Of a stretch of DNA of 64,000 nucleotides, positions 1-9,904 are shown in pieces. Source of the stretch: a virus (Duplodnaviria > Caudoviricetes); the IMG/VR virus record IMGVR_UViG_3300035208_006553, positions 32,001 to 96,000 of that record. One strand, given 5' to 3'. The notes under the pieces were generated by a model that was given only the letters and a program-made list of their open reading frames with translations, did not search any database and was not told where the DNA came from. The stretch's first letter is position 1, and the number at the start of each line of letters is the position of its first letter. The translations under genes were made by a program, and so were the position numbers.

Positions 1-61
1 TAAACCTGTTGAACAATGGTCTAATAAAGATTTTCTTCTTTATTTCTCTCAAAGATATAGA

Positions 62-367
62 TTGCTTACAGGTCAATCATTTAAGATACCAAGCGAAGCT
101 TGGGTAGGCATGATGCATCGAATAAAGAGTATAAAAATTAAATTAAAGTTAAATAACAAAGACTATAAAGAATTTATTGATAAAGTTTTTGATAATTTTT
201 TTAGTCGAATAAATTATGCACCTAATTTTGGTTCTATTGTAAGTGAGAAGGTGTTTTTCATTACAACAAAAATGAAAAAAGATATTAATTATTCTAATAA
301 TGAATTTATACGTTTAAGAGATGAATTGTATACTAACAGTGAACTATTTAAAAATTTATTGTTATAA
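62..367 (+). CDS. Hypothetical protein, probably the 3' part of a gene starting before the window
   Basis: ORF abutting the helicase-loader gene; no motif recognised. Confidence 0.4.
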   Translation: MLTGQSFKIPSEAWVGMMHRIKSIKIKLKLNNKDYKEFIDKVFDNFFSRINYAPNFGSIVSEKVFFITTKMKKDINYSNNEFIRLRDELYTNSELFKNLLL

Positions 368-370
368 CAA

Positions 371-1138
371 ATGACCATTGATCGACAATCATTTTTAGTA
401 ACTTGTGAAGAAGTAGAATCTCTTAAATTATCAACAATAGGTAAAGTATGTAATAACAAATGTGGTGGAAGAGGTGCTTTACTAATAAATTCAAATTTTT
501 TAAATTGCGACTGTGTTGATGAGTTTGAAAGACAATTAAGATTATTACAATCTAATATTCCAAAGAAATATTGGGATTTCAATTTAGAAAATTTAACTAA
601 AGAATATTCAGATAATAATAATATACCTTTAACTATTATAAAAAGTTACATTAGTAAAATTAAAGAAATGGCCGAAAAGGGTGTAGGGTTATACATACAA
701 GGATCTTACGGGCTGGCTAAAAGTGCGTTGAGTTTTTATATACTAAAAGAAGCTATAAAAGAAAAAATAGTGTGTTATAGTATTAATATGTCACAGTTAA
801 CGAACTTGTTTTATGATTTTAAAGATAGTAAGAACACAGATAGAATTGAATGGATTAAAGAGTATGTTCAGTTACTGGTTGTAGAGGAAATTGAAAAAGA
901 TTACAATATAGAAAAATCTAATACTTATGCAGGGTCTTTAGTGAATGATTTTTTTAGAGTAATTTACGATAACAAAAAATCTTTAATTTTAACATCTAAT
1001 CTTCCAAAAAAGAAATTAAGAGAAGACAAAATTCATGCAGATAATGTTATAGATAGGTTTGAAGAGTTAGTAGATATTATTTTAGTAGGTAATTCGTTTC
1101 GTAAGCAAGATGAAAATTTGAAACAGATAATAGGTTAA
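371..1138 (+). CDS. DnaC/IstB-like AAA+ ATPase (helicase loader) with Cys-rich N-terminus
   Basis: CDC..SNIPKKYWDFNL, degenerate Walker A GSYGLAKS, Walker B LLVVEEI, ILTSNL, DRF and GNSFR motifs; upstream of DnaB. Confidence 0.8.
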   Translation: MTIDRQSFLVTCEEVESLKLSTIGKVCNNKCGGRGALLINSNFLNCDCVDEFERQLRLLQSNIPKKYWDFNLENLTKEYSDNNNIPLTIIKSYISKIKEMAEKGVGLYIQGSYGLAKSALSFYILKEAIKEKIVCYSINMSQLTNLFYDFKDSKNTDRIEWIKEYVQLLVVEEIEKDYNIEKSNTYAGSLVNDFFRVIYDNKKSLILTSNLPKKKLREDKIHADNVIDRFEELVDIILVGNSFRKQDENLKQIIG

Positions 1139-1142
1139 TAAA

Positions 1143-1382
1143 ATGGAAAGAAGAAATTGGGTTTCTAACGAAATGACAGAATTAAAAAGAAGATCTGGAA
1201 ATGTTCAAAGTGATGATAAATTTGTATCTTTTATTTATCAATTATTAAGAGACTATATAAATGTAGGTGATGTAGAACAATGTGTGCTCGATTCTACTGG
1301 ACCCGGCACTGAAAATGTTGTATTTACTAATGGTTATTTAGCAGAGTATGCTAAAGATATAGTTAAGAGATTAAATTTATAA
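1143..1382 (+). CDS. Hypothetical protein
   Basis: Tightly packed ORF in the replication operon. Confidence 0.5.
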   Translation: MERRNWVSNEMTELKRRSGNVQSDDKFVSFIYQLLRDYINVGDVEQCVLDSTGPGTENVVFTNGYLAEYAKDIVKRLNL

Positions 1383-1383
1383 T

Positions 1384-2724
1384 ATGTCAATAGCTAAATT
1401 TCAAGATTCTCAAATAGAAAAATATTTGCTTGCTGCATGTCTTAAAGGACCTGAGTTTTGGAAAGACATTCCAGAAGCGTGGTTTGATGAAGATCTTCAT
1501 AAGAAAGCTTATGTAGAATTTAAATACTTTCTTAAACCTCCCTATTCTACTTACCCTACTCCAGATTTAGTTGTAGAAAAAACAGAAAATAATGATATTA
1601 AATTATTAGTTAAAGAATTGGAAGCAATTAATGTAACTCTAGGTGAAGTTAATATAAGAGCGCAAGATATGTTTAGTATGTTCTGCTCACGAAAAGTTTA
1701 TGACATTGCTAAAAGTTTACCTGGTGAGTTAACAAATAAAAAAATAAGTGACATAGTTAAAGATAAAATATCAATGTTGTCTGAATTAATGAACCCTTTT
1801 ACATTAGGTGCAACTGAAAGAGGATTTATTTATGATTCAGCTGTAGAAAGGTGGCTGAAATATAAAGGTATAGAACACGGAGATATAAAAAACACTGCAA
1901 TACCTTTTCATATAAATGATTTAGATAAACTCACTAATGGAGGTCTTCGTAAGTCTCATATGATGTTAATAGTAGCTGGCACAGGTGATTTTAAAACGGT
2001 TTCTAAAGTCAATTTAGCTTACAATTTTGCATTTTTAGAGAGAGTTGACACAATGGTATTAACTCTCGAAGTTCCAGGATCAGGGGATCAAAAAGATTAT
2101 CAAACAATGATCGATGCAAGACATTCTCTTCTTGAATTTTCTGATATAATTAACGGAAAATTAAATGTTAACAGGTCAATTTATAGAGAAAAATTAATAG
2201 ATATAGCTCAACAAAAATATCCATTATTTATTGTAGATATACCCGATCAGGCTACTTCAGCTGATGTAATAAAAGAATTAGAAATGTATTATGCTAAACA
2301 TTCAAAATATCCTGAAGTAGTAATTATAGATTACTTAAATGAAATGTTACCAGTGGGAAGTTATGATGGATCTACATCTGCTAAATTTAAACAACTCGGT
2401 TCAGAGTTAAGAGTAATTGCTAGAATGTACAATATACGAATTATTACCAGTATGCAACTAAATAGAGAAGGAAAGAAGATTAAAGAAGGAGAGAAAAGAG
2501 ATTTAGAAAATATAGGTGAATCACATTATGTATCTAATTCATTTCAAGTAATAGTTTTTTTACACAGAGATTCTAATGGAATAGATGAAGCTACCAATCA
2601 ATTACACTGGACAGTGCGTAAGAATAGGTATGGAAAGAAAAATGAAACGTTTACTACATTTGCTAATCCAGCTTTTTGCTATGTGGGAGATAGAAAAGTG
2701 ATATATGCCGGATTTGAACAATAA
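1384..2724 (+). CDS. dnaB: Replicative DnaB-like (SF4) helicase
   Basis: LDKLTNGG, Walker A AGTGDFKT, LTLE, VIIDYL, MQLNRE and RKNRYG motifs. Confidence 0.9.
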   Translation: MSIAKFQDSQIEKYLLAACLKGPEFWKDIPEAWFDEDLHKKAYVEFKYFLKPPYSTYPTPDLVVEKTENNDIKLLVKELEAINVTLGEVNIRAQDMFSMFCSRKVYDIAKSLPGELTNKKISDIVKDKISMLSELMNPFTLGATERGFIYDSAVERWLKYKGIEHGDIKNTAIPFHINDLDKLTNGGLRKSHMMLIVAGTGDFKTVSKVNLAYNFAFLERVDTMVLTLEVPGSGDQKDYQTMIDARHSLLEFSDIINGKLNVNRSIYREKLIDIAQQKYPLFIVDIPDQATSADVIKELEMYYAKHSKYPEVVIIDYLNEMLPVGSYDGSTSAKFKQLGSELRVIARMYNIRIITSMQLNREGKKIKEGEKRDLENIGESHYVSNSFQVIVFLHRDSNGIDEATNQLHWTVRKNRYGKKNETFTTFANPAFCYVGDRKVIYAGFEQ

Positions 2725-2759
2725 CGAACAAAAAAGGTTTATAGATTTTTAGGAAAAGT

Positions 2760-3284
2760 ATGTTAGATTTTGATGTAAGAGAAATATTAGATAGGTATGG
2801 AATTAGTTATAAAACAATTCACGGAAGTACAGATTTATTTTATTATTGTCCATTTCATGTACACAGTGATGAAAATATGGGTAGTTCAAGAATTAACGAA
2901 GAAACAGGTATTTATAATTGTTTTGCTTGTAAAGAAGGAGGTAGTATATATAGATTAGTAAGCTTACTAGAAAAAGTATCGATTAATGAGGCATATCGTT
3001 TAATTAAGAATAATTTTAATATTCAGTCAGATTATAATTTAGATAAATTACAGCAAAAAACTGTTAAAGTAGTAAGTTTAAAAGCCTCACAAGTTAAGCT
3101 AGTAAATAGTATTGTCAATAAAATTTTAGAAAATTTAATTAATGTAGGAAAAAGAGATTTTATACATAAGTGGTTAATTATTTGTACTTATATAAAATCA
3201 ATTGTAGTTAGTGATTTAGAGAAAAAACAAAATGATATACTAAACATATACAGTGAATTTAACAAGGAGTTAAAAACGTTATGA
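2760..3284 (+). CDS. Stand-alone CHC2 zinc-binding domain of DNA primase
   Basis: CPFH...YNCFACKEGG..LVSLLEKVSINEA; no TOPRIM domain. Confidence 0.85.
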   Translation: MLDFDVREILDRYGISYKTIHGSTDLFYYCPFHVHSDENMGSSRINEETGIYNCFACKEGGSIYRLVSLLEKVSINEAYRLIKNNFNIQSDYNLDKLQQKTVKVVSLKASQVKLVNSIVNKILENLINVGKRDFIHKWLIICTYIKSIVVSDLEKKQNDILNIYSEFNKELKTL

Positions 3285-4174
3285 CTCAAACATTGCCGGA
3301 TGTACAGAACAGAGAAGATCATAGAGGAATAGAACTTGACAGAGTAGGAGTTACAAATGTAAAGTTTCCTATAACTGTTTTACGTAAAGATGGAACTACT
3401 TCACCGGTTTCAGCAAAAGTAAAATTATTTGCTAACTTGCCAAAACTGGCTAAAGGGCATAATTTAAGTAGATTTTCAGAAGTATTAGTAGAGTTTGGAC
3501 CTAATCATAATTTATCTTCTAGTACAATGCTTCCATTCCTTGAAAGAATGCAAAATCATTTAGGTAGTAGAGATGTATATGCAAGATTTGAGTTTGACTA
3601 TTATATTGAAAAAACCGCTCCTGTAAGTAAGAAAAAAGCGCCTATGGCTTACGCATGTGCTTTTATAGGTATTAAAAAGAATGGAAGTTATTCTTTTATA
3701 TTAGAAGTAAATGTTACTGCAGCAAGTGTTTGTCCGTGTTCTAGAGAAATGAGTTTGTTAGAAAATCTTTCAGAAAAAGGCTTAAATGAAAAATATTCTA
3801 ATCTTACTTCTCCAGAAATTAAGTTGATTACGAATAAAGTAGGTATGGGTGCACATAATCAACGTTCCCAAATTAAAGTGGAAGTTTTAATTGATTTAAA
3901 TAGTACATTTTGGATAGAAGATTTAGTAGCAATGATTGAAGCACAAGCATCTGCTCCTACCTACCCTATTTTAAAAAGACCTGATGAGAAGAGTGTTACT
4001 GAAACCGGCTATAAGAATGCTAAATTTTCAGAAGATATAGCTCGCGATGTACAATTAGTTATTCAAAGTAGAAAAGAAGTATTAGCATGGGCTTTGAAAG
4101 TACAAAATGAAGAAAGCATACATCCTTTTGATGTGGTATCAAGTTCTAAATCTGATAATTGGAAATTTTATTAA
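3281..4174 (+). CDS. folE2: GTP cyclohydrolase IB (FolE2)
   Basis: LPDVQ, DRVGV, GHNLSRF, CPCS, AHNQRS, LKRPDE, EDIAR and ESIH motifs. Confidence 0.93.
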   Translation: MTQTLPDVQNREDHRGIELDRVGVTNVKFPITVLRKDGTTSPVSAKVKLFANLPKLAKGHNLSRFSEVLVEFGPNHNLSSSTMLPFLERMQNHLGSRDVYARFEFDYYIEKTAPVSKKKAPMAYACAFIGIKKNGSYSFILEVNVTAASVCPCSREMSLLENLSEKGLNEKYSNLTSPEIKLITNKVGMGAHNQRSQIKVEVLIDLNSTFWIEDLVAMIEAQASAPTYPILKRPDEKSVTETGYKNAKFSEDIARDVQLVIQSRKEVLAWALKVQNEESIHPFDVVSSSKSDNWKFY

Positions 4175-4355
4175 TAGTATATGTTTTATAAATGTAAAAG
4201 AAAGTAGTTAAAAGTTAACTTAAATACTGTAATTTTATGTTGAAAATAAAAGAATTTCATAGAAGATACTTCTTGATTTATTGTATCCTTTATTACATAT
4301 TGTAGTTGTAAGAATTATAAAAATAATCAGGAGAAAAAAAAATGGATGCATCAAC
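4068..4355. repeat. 288-bp direct repeat, copy 1 (copy 2 at 32661-32948)
   Basis: Identical from GTAGAAAAGAAG to GGATGCATCAAC; 4381-4410 also equals 32971-33000. Confidence 0.95.
4273..4301 (+). promoter_or_regulatory. Candidate sigma70-type promoter inside the duplicated segment
   Basis: TTGATT-N17-CATATT upstream of an AGGAG RBS and the ATG at 4342. Confidence 0.4.
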
Positions 4356-4557
4356 GCCCGCAATAAGCATAACAGAAAAATTAAATATTCTAGAACAAGA
4401 AGTAAAACAATTATTACAATGCACAGATAAGGCTGCAAAGAAAATTGTAAAAGTAATGGATTTGTATATTAGTCCTGATTTTTCAGAATCGGATGATGCT
4501 GAATTGACAAAAGAATATTTATGCGTTGCAAAACTGGCACATATAAAGTTAAATTAA
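4342..4557 (+). CDS. Hypothetical protein
   Basis: AGGAG RBS; its 5' part is duplicated at 32935. Confidence 0.6.
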   Translation: MDASTPAISITEKLNILEQEVKQLLQCTDKAAKKIVKVMDLYISPDFSESDDAELTKEYLCVAKLAHIKLN

Positions 4558-4592
4558 TGTACAAATTATAAAAATTATTTAGGAGTATTCAA

Positions 4593-4898
4593 ATGAAATT
4601 CACTTACAAAAAAGACATTCCAACTGGCAGATTTAGAAGTTTTGAGTTAGAACATCATGACATTAAACTTAAAAAGAAAGTAATTGGACACATTTACGAA
4701 GATAGAGAATGTCATAAATTTCATATTCAAATAGCTGTTAATAAAAAGGACATAATTACATCTACTAATCCAAACTGTACCTGGAAATGGGTATTTTTGA
4801 AAAAGGAGTTTTCTTCTGCAAACGAAGCAAGAGAGTTTTTAGATAATAAGTGTGAAAGCATATGTTCTACATTTGATTTATATTATTTTGAAGAATAA
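4593..4898 (+). CDS. Hypothetical protein
   Basis: AGGAG RBS before ATG. Confidence 0.6.
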   Translation: MKFTYKKDIPTGRFRSFELEHHDIKLKKKVIGHIYEDRECHKFHIQIAVNKKDIITSTNPNCTWKWVFLKKEFSSANEAREFLDNKCESICSTFDLYYFEE

Positions 4899-4929
4899 AT
4901 ATTATATAAATAATTTCAGGAGAAACATA

Positions 4930-5574
4930 GTGAAAGATTATATTCTTATCTCAAAACAAATTGATCAATTTGCAACACAAGCATGTCGAATAATGACAAA
5001 AACAGAACGTGAAAAGTTTTTCAAAGATACCGATCAAAGAAGAACTTACCTCCACGGAAAAAATGCAGGAAAAGAACGTAAATTATATATTGTAGACGGG
5101 GTGTGGTTTAATGAGGTGTGGAAATTAGTTTACCCGTATGTTTTGACATCTTGTGCAAGATCAGTATATTATAACCCTGATGAGATTGCAGATGTGGTAT
5201 CTGAAATTAAATATTGGATGTTTAAAGGGTTGCAATTATACGGACCTGTATTTCACAGTAAAACGTTTTCTCAAAGAATGGGTGTAATTGTCAACATGAT
5301 ATTAACTAATGAACATAAAAAGAAATTGAAAAGACTTCAAATTCGTTCATTAGAAAGCATTAATGAAGATGGTGAAGTTGAACAAATAGAAATAAGAGAC
5401 AATCAAAGCAATATGGATCATATAGATTTCTGGTTAAGTATTCCTCAAAAGTTTGAAGTTATTGTGAAGCAATTAATTTCTGGTAACACACTGACAGAGA
5501 CAAGTAGAAATTGTAATATACCTCTTTCAGAGCTTAAAAATGAATTAAAATTTGTAGTTAGTAATGTTGAATGA
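4930..5574 (+). CDS. Divergent sigma70-family RNA polymerase sigma factor
   Basis: Likely start is GTG 4930 after AGGAG; region-2-like DEIADVVSE..KGLQLY..SKTFSQ; C-terminal HTH GNTLTETSRNCNIPLSEL. Confidence 0.6.
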   Translation: MKDYILISKQIDQFATQACRIMTKTEREKFFKDTDQRRTYLHGKNAGKERKLYIVDGVWFNEVWKLVYPYVLTSCARSVYYNPDEIADVVSEIKYWMFKGLQLYGPVFHSKTFSQRMGVIVNMILTNEHKKKLKRLQIRSLESINEDGEVEQIEIRDNQSNMDHIDFWLSIPQKFEVIVKQLISGNTLTETSRNCNIPLSELKNELKFVVSNVE

Positions 5575-5629
5575 AATACAGCAGTTCTACTCTAAACGTA
5601 ATGTATTATATAATAAAAGGATACAATAA

Positions 5630-6172
5630 ATGGCAGATATTGATATAATTCACGCACGTGATTGTGAAATAGGAAAAACATATTTACTTGTTTTAGGCCC
5701 TTCGTCTGTTTACAAAATAACAATTAAAAGCATAGGTGAAATGGGAGTAGGTGTTGATGATGAAAGATATCCAGGTCAAACTAATACAGTTATATCAGGA
5801 GATACTAGTCTTATAGAATATGATGAAGTTTTTTACAGCGAAGCTAAAGGTAAACGAATTGTTAAAGCACCTAAAAATAAAGATGAAGAAAATAGTATTA
5901 AAAAGGAAGATAAAGTAATTTTGGTAAAGGTTAAAGGAGAAAAAATGTCACAAAACAAAAATCCGCGAAGTAAGACTATTGATAAAATGTTATCTGAAGT
6001 TCCAGAAAATACAGTACCTGACTGGAATTTAATAGTTGACGCAGTATTGAAAGAAAGTAAAGGTGATGAAAAAGATCGATCAAATATTATTTTTCAAGCT
6101 AAGATGAGACATAAATGGTACACTAAACAAGGAAAAGTTAACCCTTATTCAACTTTAAGTAAAGTCGAATAA
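5630..6172 (+). CDS. Hypothetical protein
   Basis: Preceded by AATGTATTAT motif and AAGGA RBS. Confidence 0.6.
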   Translation: MADIDIIHARDCEIGKTYLLVLGPSSVYKITIKSIGEMGVGVDDERYPGQTNTVISGDTSLIEYDEVFYSEAKGKRIVKAPKNKDEENSIKKEDKVILVKVKGEKMSQNKNPRSKTIDKMLSEVPENTVPDWNLIVDAVLKESKGDEKDRSNIIFQAKMRHKWYTKQGKVNPYSTLSKVE

Positions 6173-6178
6173 GTAATT

Positions 6179-6649
6179 ATGTCTAAAATTAGATTAGCAA
6201 CTTTAGAAGATCTTTTAAGTTTAAGACAACTTATTCAAGAATCTTTTAAAGAAAGTATTCAAGTAACAGGTGAAGAACCTCTCGGATATGACGATGTTAT
6301 TAAACTTCAAAATCACATTTTAGATAGTCATTGTTATTTACTTGAAAATGAAGTTTCTAAAAAGAAAATAATTGTAGCTGGTTATATCTTTTATCCAACT
6401 TATCCAAAAAGTAAGAGAGTATACTATCTTTCACGAATTTTTGTACACCCTAGTTTTCAAAGTAGAGGTTTTGGTAAAGAGTTAGTAGAACATATGTTAA
6501 GTAATAAAAACGTAAAAGTATGGAAATTACATGCTGTCAGTTCTAATATTAATCTTAAAAAGTTCTACGAAAGTTTTGGATTTAAAAAAGTAAGTGAAGA
6601 AAAACCTCGGAATGTTGTATTATCTGTCTATCAAAAAGAGATGAAATGA
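6179..6649 (+). CDS. GNAT-family N-acetyltransferase
   Basis: IRLAT..D, IFVHPSFQSRGFGKEL acetyl-CoA motif, N..LKKFYESFGF. Confidence 0.9.
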   Translation: MSKIRLATLEDLLSLRQLIQESFKESIQVTGEEPLGYDDVIKLQNHILDSHCYLLENEVSKKKIIVAGYIFYPTYPKSKRVYYLSRIFVHPSFQSRGFGKELVEHMLSNKNVKVWKLHAVSSNINLKKFYESFGFKKVSEEKPRNVVLSVYQKEMK

Positions 6650-7245
6650 AACCTATTTTAATTCAATTTACAGGTGCTCAGAGTACTGGTAAAACAACGT
6701 TAGTGAAAGAGTTGCAAAAATTGTATGGAGGAAAAGCGAGTTTTATAGGCGAGGCTTCTCGTACATTAAAAGCTAAAAAGGGAATAGCCGAGGTTGACGT
6801 GCAAGCCAATTCCGATATACAGATTATTCTTAATAGTGAGTTAATGTTACAATATATTGAGAAATTAGATAGTCATCCTAAATCAATAATAATAGCTGAA
6901 CGTACGCCTATATGCTGTCTAGCTTATGGTAGATATGTCAAGACAACAGATTCTCACATGTATATGTTAGAACAAACAGAGCGTTTAATTGTAGCACAGC
7001 AATTAAGATCCGATATTAAAACGTTAACTTTTTACTGTCCTCTTTTAGATTCTTTTGAAGAGGACGGGTTTCGTTATAAAGAATCTCAAGAAATGATTGA
7101 TCACATGATTAAGTCAATTTTAAATGAGTTCAATATTGTGCATTACATTTTACCTTTAACTTCAGTTAAACATAGAATTAAATTTGTTCAGAAAATAATA
7201 GAGGAAAATTTTTCATGGGTGATATTACAAGTCAAGAAGTTATAA
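6646..7245 (+). CDS. P-loop nucleoside/nucleotide kinase (NadR/AAA_28-like)
   Basis: FTGAQSTGKTT, E.SR, ERTP..CLAY, EEDGFR. Confidence 0.75.
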   Translation: MKPILIQFTGAQSTGKTTLVKELQKLYGGKASFIGEASRTLKAKKGIAEVDVQANSDIQIILNSELMLQYIEKLDSHPKSIIIAERTPICCLAYGRYVKTTDSHMYMLEQTERLIVAQQLRSDIKTLTFYCPLLDSFEEDGFRYKESQEMIDHMIKSILNEFNIVHYILPLTSVKHRIKFVQKIIEENFSWVILQVKKL

Positions 7246-7694
7246 AAGACTTAAAGAAATTAGGCAATCAAAATACAGAATACCCAATTGAACCTAATAT
7301 AAATATCTTAGAAACATTTAAGGCACCTTCTTTAAAACTCTTTACAGTGAAGTTTGTTCAAGAGCATAACGAATTTTCATCAATATGTCCGAAAAGTCAC
7401 CAACCAGATTTTGCGACAATCAAAATTTTATATTCACCAAGTAATGTTTGTATCGAAAGTAAATCATTGAAGTTATATTTATTTTCTTATCGAAATAGTA
7501 AAGGGTTTGGAGAACATATTACAAACAAGATAGCGGATGATTTACAAGCGGTATTAAATAGTCGCTGGTTAGTAGTTATAGGAGATTTCTCACCGAGAGG
7601 TGGATTGAGATGGGTTTCTAAGGTGATTAGAAATTCAGTAGATGTATGTGATTTATTTGATTACGAGAAATTAATGATTGCAGAATTTAATTAA
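7215..7694 (+). CDS. queF: preQ0 nitrile reductase QueF (type I)
   Basis: EFSSICP...PDFA, QueF motif ESKSLKLYL, F.PRGG. Confidence 0.9.
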   Translation: MGDITSQEVIKDLKKLGNQNTEYPIEPNINILETFKAPSLKLFTVKFVQEHNEFSSICPKSHQPDFATIKILYSPSNVCIESKSLKLYLFSYRNSKGFGEHITNKIADDLQAVLNSRWLVVIGDFSPRGGLRWVSKVIRNSVDVCDLFDYEKLMIAEFN

Positions 7695-7814
7695 TCTAGA
7701 TTTTCTCCTGAGTCTAGGTTGATTTCCTGAGCGGGATTGATAAGAGTAAAATCAAGTCTTTTCCGCAAAGGTTTTTAAATGTATTATAAGTAAAAAAAAA
7801 AATGAAAATAGTTT

Positions 7815-8024
7815 ATGAGCAGATACGATTCTGAATTATTACTAAAAGGAAAAGTAATTAATAAATGCAGTTGTGGAGAGAAAGCTCAACCAGGAAAGAC
7901 CGTAGATGCTACTTTTTACAAAACTAAAAGTTTTCATATGTGGTGTTTTTGTGGAAAGCGTACAAAAGATACACTGACATTAGACGAAGCAATAAAAAAA
8001 TGGAATGAAGGAGATTTTGAATGA
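7815..8024 (+). CDS. Small zinc-ribbon protein resembling the Lar restriction-alleviation family
   Basis: CSCG...CFCG...EAIKKWN pattern. Confidence 0.45.
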   Translation: MSRYDSELLLKGKVINKCSCGEKAQPGKTVDATFYKTKSFHMWCFCGKRTKDTLTLDEAIKKWNEGDFE

Positions 8025-8752
8025 AAAAAGCGATTGTGATACTTTCAGGAGGTCTTGATTCGAGTACATGTCTATACATAGCAAAAGACCAGGGATATGA
8101 TTTATATGCTGTTACTTTTGCTTATCATCAACGCCATTTTATAGAAATTGAGTGTGCAAAGAAAATAGCAATAGCAGCCGGTGTTAAAGAGCATCGAATT
8201 ATTGAATTACCTACTCCTAAAGGTACAGCTTTAACTGAAAATAGTAATATAAAAGTACCTAAAGGTAGAAATTTAGAAGAGTTATCTATTGAAGTACCTC
8301 CCACTTATGTACCCGCTCGTAATACACTTTTTATTGCTTATGCTCTTCAGTATGCAGAAGAGGTAGAAGCAGAGGTTATTTTTACAGGTATAACCGCGGT
8401 AGATTCCAGTCCATATCCCGACACAAGACCAGAGTATATTGATGCTTGGCAAAAATTAATTAATAAAGCAACCAAACAGACAGTTACAGGTCATAGTATT
8501 AGATTAGAAACTCCTCTTCTTCATTTATATAAATCTGAAACTATAGAAATTGGAATGAACTTAGGTGTTCCTTACGAACTTACCTGGTCGTGTTACTCTC
8601 CGATTTATAATAGCGAAACTGAAAAGGATGAATATTGTTTGTCTTGTGATACATGCACATTACGAAATAAATCTTTTATAGAAGCTGGATATAGAGATCC
8701 TGGAGTAAGTGAAGAGAGATGGGGCGAAGTTGTAAAAAATTGGAATCATTAA
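8021..8752 (+). CDS. queC: 7-cyano-7-deazaguanine synthase QueC
   Basis: SGGLDS, TYVPARN, YPDTRP, TWSCY, C..C..C..R. Confidence 0.95.
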   Translation: MKKAIVILSGGLDSSTCLYIAKDQGYDLYAVTFAYHQRHFIEIECAKKIAIAAGVKEHRIIELPTPKGTALTENSNIKVPKGRNLEELSIEVPPTYVPARNTLFIAYALQYAEEVEAEVIFTGITAVDSSPYPDTRPEYIDAWQKLINKATKQTVTGHSIRLETPLLHLYKSETIEIGMNLGVPYELTWSCYSPIYNSETEKDEYCLSCDTCTLRNKSFIEAGYRDPGVSEERWGEVVKNWNH

Positions 8753-8753
8753 T

Positions 8754-9398
8754 ATGTGCGGGATAACCGGGTGTATAGTTCGAGATAACAAAGAATATGC
8801 TTCTATAGTATACTCAAAACTTGTAAGGAATTCAGATATAAGAGGACAAGATGGAACTGGTATAACTCTTTTAAGAAATGGAGAATTTAAAACTTTAAAG
8901 TGGTGCGAAAGAGCCAAGGACATACCTTTTTTTATTTCTTTAGATATTGGAGATAAGATTGTAGGACAGAATAGATATGCAATTTTTGGATTAGATCATA
9001 CAGATGACCAGCCCCTTATAAATGACTATTTTGCATTAGTACATAACGGTGTTTTGTATAATTATGAGGAACAGTTCAAAGAGTCAGGTTTTAGAAGAGA
9101 GTTAAAAGTTGATACTGAATTAATTTTAAGGTATTTAGAACATTATTTTCTTCCCTATGATCCTATTAACAGTATTAAGAAAGTAATGGAAGGTTTTGAA
9201 GGAGAGGGAGCTTGTTTAGTATTGACTACAACTACAGTTCCTTTTTTGGCTTTTATGAAGAATAAAATTTTGTATTCAGGACAAGATATGTATGGCAATA
9301 CTTATTTCTTTTCTACAATGTATATTAAAAATAAAATACCTGAAATTTGTGAAAATATAAGAGAATTTGAAAACGGTGATGTTGAAGTAATTTATTAG
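8754..9398 (+). CDS. Class II (Ntn) glutamine amidotransferase
   Basis: N-terminal MCGITG, RGQDGTG, DQPL, HNG and DTE motifs; directly follows queC. Confidence 0.85.
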   Translation: MCGITGCIVRDNKEYASIVYSKLVRNSDIRGQDGTGITLLRNGEFKTLKWCERAKDIPFFISLDIGDKIVGQNRYAIFGLDHTDDQPLINDYFALVHNGVLYNYEEQFKESGFRRELKVDTELILRYLEHYFLPYDPINSIKKVMEGFEGEGACLVLTTTTVPFLAFMKNKILYSGQDMYGNTYFFSTMYIKNKIPEICENIREFENGDVEVIY

Positions 9399-9406
9399 AG
9401 GTACAA

Positions 9407-9547
9407 ATGTTAAGTACAATACTATGTAAATTTGGTTTGCATAAATGGGAGATTGATACAAATTTACAATATCTTGTTGATTCTAAAGTATTGAAACTAG
9501 CTGAACATTGTAGTAGAAAAAATTGTACTTATTCTAGATTTAAATGA
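9407..9547 (+). CDS. Small Cys/His protein (46 aa, not in ORF track)
   Basis: GAGG RBS; MLSTILCKFGLHKW...CSRKNC. Confidence 0.5.
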   Translation: MLSTILCKFGLHKWEIDTNLQYLVDSKVLKLAEHCSRKNCTYSRFK

Positions 9548-9588
9548 ATAGAAACACCAAAGCATATTAAAGTTTTTAAGGAAAATTG

Positions 9589-9904
9589 ATGATTAATTTA
9601 TTTTTTTTTTCAAAAAGAGAAAACTATATTTGCTATTTATGATTGTATTATTGCAATACCTGAAATAGACAGACTTGATTCTATTCTTGTTTCAAGCATC
9701 CCTAATATAAATTTTTTTGATGGAAATAGATTGATTGATAATTTAGATAATTATAGAGATCTTCCAGAAGAATCAGGAATTTATAAATGTAAAATAACAG
9801 GAAATAGTTTTCAATGTAATCACTCTGAAGATCCCACGGAGTGGGATATGTCAATTATTGCATCTGATTTTGTTAAAATAGAGTTATTAAATAAGGAGAA
9901 TTAA
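9589..9904 (+). pseudogene. ORF interrupted by a frameshift in a T10 run
   Basis: ATG 9589; deleting one T from 9601-9610 gives an open frame to TAA 9902-9904, which overlaps the next ATG. Confidence 0.6.

Noticed and set aside
7695-7800. preQ1 riboswitch
   Set aside because: Lacks the class I loop and stem consensus, and lies upstream of the putative promoter at 7778
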